A stretch of DNA of 64,000 nt from a bacterium (GTDB taxonomy: Bacteria > Krumholzibacteriota > Krumholzibacteriia > G020349025): NCBI GenBank assembly GCA_031362565.1, contig JANLSU010000069.1, forward strand, positions 62,419 to 126,418, in the 5' to 3' direction. The position numbers were made by a program, and so were the translations under genes. A model generated the notes under the pieces. The model searched no databases and was not told the origin of the DNA. It saw only the letters and a program-made list of their open reading frames with translations. The first letter of the stretch is position 1; the number at the start of each line of letters is the position of its first letter. This document shows, piece by piece, positions 55,667 through 64,000 of the stretch.

Positions 55667-56967
55667 GCCCAAGGAACACCGAACTGCCCATTCGTCTGGG
55701 GCTTCGAGCGAACGCCGCGCAGTTCTCGTTGCTCGTCATCGTGAACGCCTTCGTGGGCGCGATGGTCGGGATGGAACGCAGCATCTTGCCCGCCATCGCT
55801 CAACACGACTTCCACATCGTGGCTCGCAGCGCAGTACTTTCGTTCATCGTGGTTTTCGGCCTCACCAAGGCAGCCACGAACTATCTCGCCGGTCGCTGGT
55901 CGGATCGCTTTGGGCGCAAGCGGGTGCTGGTTGCAGGCTGGCTCGCGGCCGTGCCGGTGCCGTTCCTCCTCATGTGGGCGCCTCGTTGGACCTGGATTCT
56001 CGTCGCGAACGCCCTGCTCGGTGTGAGTCAGGGGCTGACGTGGTCGACGACCGTCATCATGAAGATTGACCTCGTGGGCAGCGAACGCCGCGGACTGGCG
56101 ATGGGCCTCAACGAGTTCGCCGGTTACTTTGCAGTGGCAGTGGCCGCGCTCGCGACAGGCTGGATTGCGGCGCGTTACGGGCTCAGACCCGAGCCCTTCT
56201 ATCCCGGCGTCGTGTTCGTCGCCGTCGGCCTCGCGCTGTCCGTTCTGGTCGTTCGGGAGACGACGGGGCACGCGGTGCACGAGTCGATGTTGCGGCCCGA
56301 GACGGAGCCGCGCGCTGGGCGCACACAACGCCAGGTCTTCTGGGACACTACGCTGCGAGACCCCAACCTCTCGAGCATCAGCCAGGCCGGGCTGGTCAAC
56401 AATCTCAACGACGGCATGGCGTGGGGCCTCTTTCCACTGTTCTTCGCCGCTGCGAACATGAGCCTGGAGAGAATTGCTCTGCTTGCCGCGATCTACCCGG
56501 CGACGTGGGGAGTCGTGCAGCTCGGAACGGGAGCATTCTCCGACAAGGTCGGCCGGAAACGGCTGATCGTCGTGGGCATGTGGGTGCAGGCCATCGGCAT
56601 CGCCGTAGTGATCCTGGCATCCGGCTTCAACGGGTTCGGGGCAGGTGCAGCCTTGCTCGGCATTGGGACTGCGATGGTTTATCCGACGCTCTTGGCAGCG
56701 ATCGGTGATGTTGCGCACCCGTCATGGCGGGCCTCGTCCGTCGGTGTCTACCGATTCTGGCGAGATCTCGGCTACGCTGTCGGAGCCGTTGTTGCAGGGC
56801 TCACAGCGGACGAGTTCGGCCTCAAGGGAGCGATGTGGCTCGTCGCCACCCTGACCTTCGCCTCGGGTCTACTTGCGGCGTTCAGGATGACCGAGACACT
56901 CGGTCGGAACGGTTACCCACTGACAACGGGAAGAGGAGAATCGTCATGGCCACTGCCTGTCCGATAG
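55663..56967 (+). CDS. MFS transporter
   Basis: About 12 TM helices, GRWSDRFGRKR and GAFSDKVGRKR motifs. ATGA-coupled to the MBL gene. Confidence 0.92.
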   Translation: MSPRNTELPIRLGLRANAAQFSLLVIVNAFVGAMVGMERSILPAIAQHDFHIVARSAVLSFIVVFGLTKAATNYLAGRWSDRFGRKRVLVAGWLAAVPVPFLLMWAPRWTWILVANALLGVSQGLTWSTTVIMKIDLVGSERRGLAMGLNEFAGYFAVAVAALATGWIAARYGLRPEPFYPGVVFVAVGLALSVLVVRETTGHAVHESMLRPETEPRAGRTQRQVFWDTTLRDPNLSSISQAGLVNNLNDGMAWGLFPLFFAAANMSLERIALLAAIYPATWGVVQLGTGAFSDKVGRKRLIVVGMWVQAIGIAVVILASGFNGFGAGAALLGIGTAMVYPTLLAAIGDVAHPSWRASSVGVYRFWRDLGYAVGAVVAGLTADEFGLKGAMWLVATLTFASGLLAAFRMTETLGRNGYPLTTGRGESSWPLPVR

Positions 56968-57731
56968 ACCTCGACACACGGAAGCTGCGCGACGAGATCC
57001 AGTCGATGTACGCGCGCGTCGCGGCTGATCCGTCGGGGGATTTTCATTTCCACCGGGGTCCCGGCTACGCGGCGGAGTTTCTTGGGTACGATCGCGATGC
57101 GCTCGCTCAGTTGCCTGACCAGAGCACCGCGTCGTTTGCCGGTGTTGCAAACCCACACCGGATGGGACCCATCGAAGAGGGGTCCGTGGTCGTCGATATC
57201 GGTTGCGGTGCGGGTATGGATCTTCTCTTGGCGGCCATTTGCGTGGGCCGACGCGGTCGCGCGATCGGCGTGGACATGACCGAGGCGATGGCCGAGAAGG
57301 CGCGCACTGCGGCCCGCGCCGCCGGGCTCGAGAACGTGGATGTCCGGCTCGGCGACGCCATGGCGCTGCCCCTCGATACGTCGAGCGTCGATTTCGTCAT
57401 CTCCAATGGCGTTCTCAATCTGACTTCGGACAAGTCCGTCGCTTACGGCGAGGTCTTCCGCGTGCTCAAACCGGGAGCGAAGTTTCTCTACGCCGACATC
57501 GTCGTGGCAAGCGAGCTCTCGGAGTCGATCCGCAAGGACATCGATTTGTGGACCGGCTGAATTGCCGGTGCTCTCCCGGAGGGAGAGCTCATTGCGGTTC
57601 TCGAACAGATCGGTTTCCGAGGCGTCGAGATTCGGGAGAGGTTCGATCCGTTCCGAGGCACGAGCAAGGAGCGCACTGCCCGAAAATTTGGCGTGGTAGG
57701 CGTGAACATTTTTGCCCGCAAACCCGAGTGA
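56946..57731 (+). CDS. ArsM-like SAM-dependent methyltransferase, predicted selenoprotein (UGA at 57558-57560 read as Sec)
   Basis: VVDIGCGAGMD, GVDMT and VISNGVLNL. DLWTG-TGA-IAGAL matches the ArsM W..CIAGAL motif. The frame continues 56 sense codons to ...IFARKPE*, and a hairpin follows the UGA. Confidence 0.85.
57558..57590 (+). promoter_or_regulatory. Bacterial SECIS-like element
   Basis: UGA, 9 nt, then stem GCTCTCCC / loop GGA / GGGAGAGC (57570-57588). The loop starts with G, 18 nt after the UGA. Confidence 0.75.
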
Positions 57732-57794
57732 AGTGCTCCAGCGCGCCTACGACCGCGTAATCGGCGCCGTCGAGGATCTCGTAAACGGCCGCGA

Positions 57795-59180
57795 TCAGCT
57801 GATCGACGACGCCGGCTCGTCGCTCGCTCGTGCGCACACCCGGAACCCTGCGAAGACGTCGCGCCGATCGCGGGTGTAGAAGTTGCGGTACGCGCTGCGT
57901 GGAATGCGCCGCCGCGTCGCAAAGCAGCCGCCGCGCAACACCATGTGCCGGCCGTCGTACCACGGCTCCGAGTACTCACGGTACGGATCGGGTATGAAGC
58001 CGGGATAGGGCCGGAACTCGCTCGCCGTCCACTCCCAGGCGTTGCCAATCAATTGGCGAACGCCGTGGGCGCTGTCTCCGGCGGCGTGCGCGGTGGCGTC
58101 GACGGTTGCGAGCCGCATACCCTCGAGGTTGGCACGCTCCGGCGCCGGCGCATCGTCGCCCCATGGATAGCGTTGTTTCGGAGCTGGCGCATCCTGCCGC
58201 GAGGCTGCGAGCCCTTCGGGCGTCGTCGTCGCCGCTGCCTCCCATTCCGCTTCGGTTGGGAGCCGCACACCAGCCCAACGGCAGTAGGCGTCGGCCTCGT
58301 ACCAGTTGACGTGAATCAGGGTCGCACTCGGATCGAGTTCGTCCCAGCGCTCGAAGGTCCGCTGCTCCCAGCGCCCGGCCGCTGCACGTCGCCAATAGAC
58401 CGGGTTCCTGGCACTGGCGCTCGAGCGCCACGCCCAGCCCTCGTCGTCCCACACGTCGCGTCGCCCATAGCCGCCGGCTTCGACGAAGTCCCGGAACTCG
58501 CCGTTTGTCACCGCCGTGCGTGCCAGGCGGAACGGCGCGACCTGGACCGGATGCGCCCGTTTCTCGTTGTCGAACACGAACAGCTCGGCGCCAGGATCGC
58601 TGCCGAGCATCAGGGTGCCACCCAAAATCGTGATGTATTCGCTTCGTCGGTCGCTGGGCGCGTGGGTCGCAACGGGATCCGCGGCGGCGCGCCATTCCGC
58701 CGCCGCGTGCAGCTGCGGCGCCGCCCAGCCGTGCGTCTGACGCGTGTAGGTGAACGCCTCATCGTGCATGTCTTCGTGCGCGATCGCCAGCCGGTAGTAA
58801 TACGCGACCTCGGGCCGGTCGGCGTCCCCCGCGTACTCGATCGCGCGGCCGAGCACGGCGTCCATGTATGCGAGGGTGTCGGCGCGGGAGGGGAGCGGCA
58901 AGCTCCAGCGCGTGTCGTGCGCCACCTTGGCCGAATCGTACAGAGCGTCGCCTGCACTGCGCAGCGGTCCCAGCCCGCGCAGCTCGCGCAATACCCACCT
59001 TTCCTGGAACCAGGCCACGTGCCCGATCTCCCAGAGGAGAGGGTTCACGATCGACAGACGCGGTCCCCATAGCTGATCGTCGTCCAGGTCTCGCACCAGA
59101 TCGAGCGTGCGGCGGCGGGCGTCGAGGAGGGCGGCGCGAAGCTCGTCGGGAGACGTCGGTGCTGCGTAGGGAACCGTCAA
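57795..59180 (-). CDS. senA: Selenoneine synthase SenA (EgtB-like DinB_2 + FGE-sulfatase fold)
   Basis: NPLLWEIGHVAWFQERW, YDSAKVAHDTRWSLPLP, HEDMHDEA, RLPTEAEWE, GNAWEWT and VLRGG. Adjacent to senB. TTG start with GAGG RBS. Confidence 0.8.
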   Translation of the reverse strand: MTVPYAAPTSPDELRAALLDARRRTLDLVRDLDDDQLWGPRLSIVNPLLWEIGHVAWFQERWVLRELRGLGPLRSAGDALYDSAKVAHDTRWSLPLPSRADTLAYMDAVLGRAIEYAGDADRPEVAYYYRLAIAHEDMHDEAFTYTRQTHGWAAPQLHAAAEWRAAADPVATHAPSDRRSEYITILGGTLMLGSDPGAELFVFDNEKRAHPVQVAPFRLARTAVTNGEFRDFVEAGGYGRRDVWDDEGWAWRSSASARNPVYWRRAAAGRWEQRTFERWDELDPSATLIHVNWYEADAYCRWAGVRLPTEAEWEAAATTTPEGLAASRQDAPAPKQRYPWGDDAPAPERANLEGMRLATVDATAHAAGDSAHGVRQLIGNAWEWTASEFRPYPGFIPDPYREYSEPWYDGRHMVLRGGCFATRRRIPRSAYRNFYTRDRRDVFAGFRVCARASDEPASSIS

Positions 59181-59249
59181 AATCTAGTCCTCTCGAGCGC
59201 CGCGCGCGGTGCGTGCATTCCGGTCCGCCGTGAAGTATCGTCGTCGGTC

Positions 59250-60221
59250 GTGACGAACATTATCATGATCACGCCGGCGGTGCACGGCCGCTCCGGCAAC
59301 TCAATCACGGCGCAGCGCTGGGCGCTGCGGCTGCGTGAGCTCGGACACTGCGTCCACGTCGCGACCGCATATGCCGGCCAGCAATGCGATCTCTTGGTGG
59401 CTCTGCACGCCCGCAAGAGCGCCGCGTCCGTCGCCGCATTCCGCCGCCGCTGTCCGGACCGTCCCGTCATTGTCGCGTTGACGGGAACCGACGTGTACCG
59501 CGACCTCCGCCGCAGTGCGGTCGCGCGTCGCACCCTCGCTGCGGCCGATCGCATCGTGGTGTTACAGCCGCTCGCTGCGCACGCCGTCTCAGCTCGGCTG
59601 CGCTCGCGCATCGTAGTGATCTACCAGTCGGCGGTGACGCCGTCGCACCCGACAGCGCCGCGGAAGCGGCGTGGCCTCGCAGAGGTGCTCGTGCTTGCGC
59701 ATCTGCGCGCGGTCAAGGACCCGCTGCGGGCCGCGTACGCGGTGCGGCTCCTGCCGCCGGTCGCGCGGCTGCGCGTCGTGCACGCCGGTCGAGCCCACTC
59801 GGCAACGTGGGCGGCGCGGGCGCGCCGCGAGATGGTACGGAATTCCCGGTATCGGTGGCTCGGAGAGCTGTCGCACCCGGCTGCGAAACGCCGCTTGATG
59901 CGTGCGGCGTTGCTCGTGGTCGCGTCACGTCTCGAAGGTGGCGCCAACGTCGTCTCGGAGGCAATCGTCGCCGGCACACCGGTCGTCGCGTCCCGCATTC
60001 CCGGCAACGTGGGGCTTCTCGGCGCCCGATACCCGGGCTATTTCCCGGTCGGCGACACCGTTGGTTTGGCCGCCCTGTTGCAGCGCGTCGATACCGACGC
60101 TCGCTTCGTCGCCAGTTTGCGACGCGCCGCGCGCCTACTGGCACCGCGTTTTCGGCCCGACCGCGAACGTGCCGCTTGGAAGTCTCTGCTGAGCGAGTTA
60201 CTCGACCGAAAACCCAAGTGA
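59250..60221 (+). CDS. senB: Selenosugar synthase SenB (TIGR04348-type glycosyltransferase)
   Basis: ITPA...SGNSITAQRW, ALHARKSA, LTGTDVYRD, HLRAVKDP, SRLEGGANVVSEA and GLLG..YPGYFPVGD. Confidence 0.88.
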   Translation: MTNIIMITPAVHGRSGNSITAQRWALRLRELGHCVHVATAYAGQQCDLLVALHARKSAASVAAFRRRCPDRPVIVALTGTDVYRDLRRSAVARRTLAAADRIVVLQPLAAHAVSARLRSRIVVIYQSAVTPSHPTAPRKRRGLAEVLVLAHLRAVKDPLRAAYAVRLLPPVARLRVVHAGRAHSATWAARARREMVRNSRYRWLGELSHPAAKRRLMRAALLVVASRLEGGANVVSEAIVAGTPVVASRIPGNVGLLGARYPGYFPVGDTVGLAALLQRVDTDARFVASLRRAARLLAPRFRPDRERAAWKSLLSELLDRKPK

Positions 60222-60586
60222 CTCGCGCGAGACTTTGAGCAGAGCGATACTGGGATCCGTTGGGACGCCAGAGGTGTCGGTCGCTTGGGCCTCGCTAGCC
60301 TGGATTTCCACGGAGCGGAATCTCCCTAACGCGGCGGGCTTCCCAGTCGAAGCAGGAGCCTGAATTTCGCAGAGAATCCCGGCACCACCAGCCATCGGCG
60401 TTAAGGTCGCATTGCGCCGATCTTCGGTCAATGCACCCAGTTCCGGCGGGTTCATGATGCCGTTGGCTGAGGCGGTCTCGCGTCGTCGAGTAGGTATCTT
60501 CTTTCGGCACTTTCACTTACAGGTGCAGGCAGGTTGTTGGCGTTTTTGCGCTTGATTTCGTTGACCCGATGTAGGATCGTGCACAC

Positions 60587-60985
60587 ATGTCTATCAGAGT
60601 AGCAAAGAGCCTAACATCTTGCCGGCGATTCTTCGCGGAGCCGAAACAGCCTCGACAGCGCCAGTACGAGGCTCTTCGTGCCTACTTCTTCGAGGGTCAC
60701 CCCTCGACAGAAGTCGCTCGCGACTACGGCTACACACCGGGATCTTTCCGGGTTCTTTGCCATCAGTTTCGACGCGACAAGAATCCGGAATTCTTCGTCT
60801 CGCCGCGCCTTGGTCCACAGCAGCAGCCGAAGAAATCTGCGGCGCGCGATCGCGTGGTCGCATTGCGCAAGCAGAATCACTCCGTGTACGAGATCAGCGA
60901 GACGCTCAAGCAAGAGGGTCTGACGCTCAGCCCGGCTTCCGCCCGCGAGATACTTCGTGCGGAAGGATTTGCGCCGCTGCCACGG
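60587..60985 (+). pseudogene. N-terminal HTH part of a transposase-like gene interrupted by an insertion
   Basis: RQYEALRAYFFEG...VARDYGYT and a second HTH ending ILRAEGFAPLPR. Sequence switches abruptly at TGT (60986) and stops 10 codons later. Confidence 0.65.
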
Positions 60986-61183
60986 TGTAGCCTGCCAGTC
61001 TCTCCCACTCTGAATTAGGCATTCCGCGTCAGATTGTGGCGTCCTGAAAGGACGTTGCGAGCAGAGCTTTCCGCGACGTTTTGAGTCGCGTAGGCTTGCT
61101 CGCAACGGAGGACGTGCGACGCGGCGTTTGTTTGGCGACAGCTCCGCGGCACACGCAACAACATCATTGTACTCGCCGAGGAC

Positions 61184-61909
61184 ATGCTGGGCTACCTCCG
61201 CGTGATGCGTGAGGAGCCGATCGATCTGGCGGCCGCGGTCGCGGAATCGGGCTTGCTCTGCGGTCGGTGCGGCGGGCCGGGTTGCGCGCGGCGACACGCC
61301 GTGTGGTACCGCAAGCGGATTACGGATCTGTCGACGGGTGCTGTTTTCGATCGGGTGCCGATCGTGCGGGTCCGATTCTGTGATCGCCGGACGGCGTCTC
61401 TCATGCCGGCTTGGGTGTGGCGCGGCCGCTTCGTCGTGGATTCGGTGCTCGAGACGGTGTCGCGCGTGCTGCGTGACGGTGTCGAGGCGGCGTACGGCTG
61501 GACCTGGTTGGCGGGGACGGGCGATGCGTTGGTATCACGCCGCACGCTTGGCCGTTGGCGCGCCGCCGTAAGCAGCCGTTTCGTCGGGTCGGCGCTCTCG
61601 TGGCTTGGCCCGCAACTCGATTTCTTTTGGTCGCATACCACACACGCCGCCGATCAGCTCGACTCGCTCCTCGATCGACTGACGGGTCCGGTGCTCCTTG
61701 GCTTCCGCGCCGCAACGGGCCACGCAGTGCTCGACAAACCGCAACTCCATCGATCGAAGCCACGCAGGGCAACACGCCGCATCGCGGGGCGCCCTGTTTC
61801 GCCTGTTTCACCCGAAGTGCCTTCGGAACGGCTTGGGCGGGGTAGATGGTGCCACGACCGCCGCCGGGGTCCACCCGCGGCCGACATTTCGGAGGATGAA
61901 ACGTCATGA
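61184..61909 (+). CDS. Transposon accessory protein (DUF6431-like, Cys/His motif plus HTH)
   Basis: CGRCGG...RHAVWYRK...FCDRRTASLMP...VSRRTLGRW. Its stop overlaps the transposase ATG. Confidence 0.6.
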   Translation: MLGYLRVMREEPIDLAAAVAESGLLCGRCGGPGCARRHAVWYRKRITDLSTGAVFDRVPIVRVRFCDRRTASLMPAWVWRGRFVVDSVLETVSRVLRDGVEAAYGWTWLAGTGDALVSRRTLGRWRAAVSSRFVGSALSWLGPQLDFFWSHTTHAADQLDSLLDRLTGPVLLGFRAATGHAVLDKPQLHRSKPRRATRRIAGRPVSPVSPEVPSERLGRGRWCHDRRRGPPAADISEDETS

Positions 61910-63210
61910 TCGAAGATCGCACCCGTCCACCCAAGCCCACGGCTCGCGACTGGGCTGTGTTTCGTTATGGCTTGATCAGTGAATCGACGCGACCGCTGGC
62001 CGGTGACGTCATTTCGCAGACCTTGGCTCGGATCGCCGCCCGGCAGCATGCGCTGCCGGACGGCTCGCTGCAGCGCTTCAGTGTCTCGACGCTTCGCAGC
62101 TGGCTTCGCGCCTACCAGCACAGCGGCCTCGACGCGCTCCTGCCGAAGACCCGCACCGACAAGGGCAGTTTCCGCAAACTCGACGATGACGTGGCCGAGA
62201 TCATCGCCCGGCATCGAGTGCAGCATCGTGCGCTCTCGGTCAAGCTCTTCCATCAGATCCTGCACGAGGACAACGTTTTGCCGGAAGGATTGCGAATTTG
62301 CGAGGCGACACTGCGTCGATTCCTGAGGGCGCGCGGGCTCGACAAGGCCGTGCGCGGACCGGAACGAGCGCGCGCCAAGTACGAGATGCCGCACCCGAAC
62401 GATCTGTGGGTGGCGGATTTCATGCACGGTCCCCACGTGCAGACGCTTTTGGGCAAGCGCCGGGCGATTCTGTGCGACATCATCGACGATCACAGCCGGG
62501 TGGCTGTGGCGGCACGATTCGCACTTTCGGAGGACTCGGCCGATTTGCTGCACGCGTTTCGCGACGCGATCGCGACCTATGGCGTCCCGAAGCGTTTTTA
62601 TTGCGACAATGGCCCGGCTTTCAACTCCCGCTACTTGGCCGAAGCCTGTGCGCGCATCGACTGTGCGCTCTTGCACAGCGAACCTTTCGACTCGCCGTCC
62701 CGCGGCAAGGTCGAACGATTCCATCGCACAGTGCGCCTGCGTTTCTTGCCCCGGCTCAAGGAATGCGATCTCGTGTCACTGGACGCCCTCAACGAGCGAC
62801 TCGAGTGGTGGATCCGCGAGGACTACCATCTGAAGCGTCACGGTGGTATTGGCATGAAGCCACTCGACCGCTATCTGGCCGGCGCGGAGGCGACGCTCAT
62901 CCAGCGACTCGCCCCGCACGAGATCGATCGCGCCTTCATGGGTCGTATTACGCGTGTCGTCCGGCAGGATGCGACCGTCAAGGTCGATGGTATCTTCTAC
63001 GAAGTGCCGCCCGCGCACATCGGCCAAAGAGTCGAGATCCGGTTTCCCGTCGCCCGGCCCGAGGAACTCGTGCTCTATCGCGGCGACGAGTCCGAGGTCG
63101 CCATCCGTCCGGTCGATCTCGTCGACAACGCGCGGTTTCATGCCCAGTCGGTCCGACTCCAGCACACCGATATCGCTCACGAGCGCCAGCAGGAGGAGGA
63201 CAAGCCATGA
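61906..63210 (+). CDS. DDE-type integrase/transposase (IS481/Mu-like) with Mu-transposase C-terminal domain
   Basis: LWVADFMHG, IIDDHSR, FYCDNGPAF, RGKVERFHRTV and RVVRQDATVKVDG.FYEVP. Confidence 0.93.
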   Translation: MIEDRTRPPKPTARDWAVFRYGLISESTRPLAGDVISQTLARIAARQHALPDGSLQRFSVSTLRSWLRAYQHSGLDALLPKTRTDKGSFRKLDDDVAEIIARHRVQHRALSVKLFHQILHEDNVLPEGLRICEATLRRFLRARGLDKAVRGPERARAKYEMPHPNDLWVADFMHGPHVQTLLGKRRAILCDIIDDHSRVAVAARFALSEDSADLLHAFRDAIATYGVPKRFYCDNGPAFNSRYLAEACARIDCALLHSEPFDSPSRGKVERFHRTVRLRFLPRLKECDLVSLDALNERLEWWIREDYHLKRHGGIGMKPLDRYLAGAEATLIQRLAPHEIDRAFMGRITRVVRQDATVKVDGIFYEVPPAHIGQRVEIRFPVARPEELVLYRGDESEVAIRPVDLVDNARFHAQSVRLQHTDIAHERQQEEDKP

Positions 63211-64000
63211 TCGAAGCGCGTTTTGGATTGAAGGCCAGGCCCTTCGACAAGAGCATTGGGAGTCGCGATCTCTATTCGTGGCCCGGGCTCGAGGAACTCG
63301 AAGCGCGGCTCGACATGGCGAAACGCTCGCGAGGAATCATGCTCTTGACCGGTGAACCGGGTACGGGCAAGACGGTCGCACTGCGGCGTTTCGTCGACAG
63401 TCTGAACGCCGAGCACTACTTACCCGTCTACTTGCCCTTGGCGACAGTCACCGTGCTCGACGCCTACCAGCAGCTGAACCGGGCGCTCGGCGGGCAGCCG
63501 CAGGGGCGTAGCAAGAGTCTGCTTTTCCGCGACATCCAGCGCGGCATTGCCGAGCTGGCTTCACAGGGCAAGCAGCCTGTCCTGGTGCTCGACGAGGCCG
63601 ATCTCTTGCGATCGGCTCTCTTCGATGAGTTTCGCATCCTACTCAACTTCGAAATGGACTCGAAGGATCCGCTGCTCGTCATCCTGGCCGGCCAGCCGCA
63701 GCTCTTGGCCAAGCTGGCACTCCGCGTGCACTTGCCGTTTCGGCAGCGCGTCGCCATGCGGTATCGCATGCCGGCCATGGACGAAACGCACACGCGTGGC
63801 TACGTCGAGCACCACCTGAAGCTCGCGGGGCGTAGGCAGCGGCTTTTCACCGACGAGGCCATGATCCAGCTCTTCGTCCAGTCCGGCGGCGTGCCGCGCG
63901 TCATCGGCAACTACGCCCTGGGTGCGATGTTTCACGCCGCCCTCCTGAACAAAGATCTCGTCGAACTCGACGACCTCATCACTGCAACCCGGGAGATGGC
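63207..64000 (+). CDS. ExeA-like AAA+ ATPase transposition helper (3'-partial; absent from the ORF track)
   Basis: MIEARFGLKARPF...LTGEPGTGKT (Walker A)...VLVLDEAD (Walker B)...LLNFEMDS...LAGQPQL...SGGVPRVI. Confidence 0.92.
   Translation, partial: MIEARFGLKARPFDKSIGSRDLYSWPGLEELEARLDMAKRSRGIMLLTGEPGTGKTVALRRFVDSLNAEHYLPVYLPLATVTVLDAYQQLNRALGGQPQGRSKSLLFRDIQRGIAELASQGKQPVLVLDEADLLRSALFDEFRILLNFEMDSKDPLLVILAGQPQLLAKLALRVHLPFRQRVAMRYRMPAMDETHTRGYVEHHLKLAGRRQRLFTDEAMIQLFVQSGGVPRVIGNYALGAMFHAALLNKDLVELDDLITATREM

Larger units (their letters stand above)
60986..64000 (+). mobile_element. Three-gene DDE transposon/IS (accessory ORF, rve/Mu-type transposase, ExeA-like ATPase); right end outside the window
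   Basis: Putative left end TGTAGCCTGCCAG followed by three ATGA-coupled ORFs. Confidence 0.8.

Noticed and set aside
57795..59180. Calling this gene ergothioneine egtB or a formylglycine-generating enzyme
   Set aside because: The N-terminal motifs and adjacency to senB fit SenA better, though an HMM check is still needed.
60324..60406. attC-like or structured RNA between senB and the transposase remnant (CCTAACGC…GCGTTAAGG)
   Set aside because: Only the outer ~8 bp pair. There is no supportable inner stem or family resemblance.
1..64000. CRISPR array or cas genes (prompted by the CHAT and sigma genes)
   Set aside because: No repeat-spacer array or Cas motifs were seen. The only tandem repeats found are in-frame coding repeats.

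Overview
GC-rich bacterial accessory region. Several FlgD-Ig-like C-terminal domains and short 'W-[GS]-x-[IV]-K-x-x-Y-R' C-terminal tails suggest a Ca. Eisenbacteria/Krumholzibacteriota/Latescibacterota-like organism (inference only). Contents: (i) many secreted or lipoprotein genes, including a 96-aa repeat protein, a thioester-domain protein, a Kelch protein, an S8 protease, a YCF48-like protein and a 1.7-kaa multidomain protein; (ii) five Hanks-type Ser/Thr kinases (four with TolB/PD40-like propellers, one with TPRs) plus one kinase-less remnant; (iii) a divergent CHAT protease / sigma factor / membrane anti-sigma module; (iv) a selenium/sulfur island at 54.1-60.2 kb; (v) an IS1-like transposase and a three-gene DDE-transposase/ATPase element inserted into another transposase-like gene; (vi) many short gene remnants. 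The island comprises an ArsR-rhodanese regulator, an MBL-fold hydrolase, an MFS transporter and an ArsM-like methyltransferase. The methyltransferase's apparent stop codon looks like a selenocysteine UGA followed by a SECIS-like hairpin. This operon converges on selenoneine genes senA and senB. All calls are from motif recognition by eye; no searches were run.
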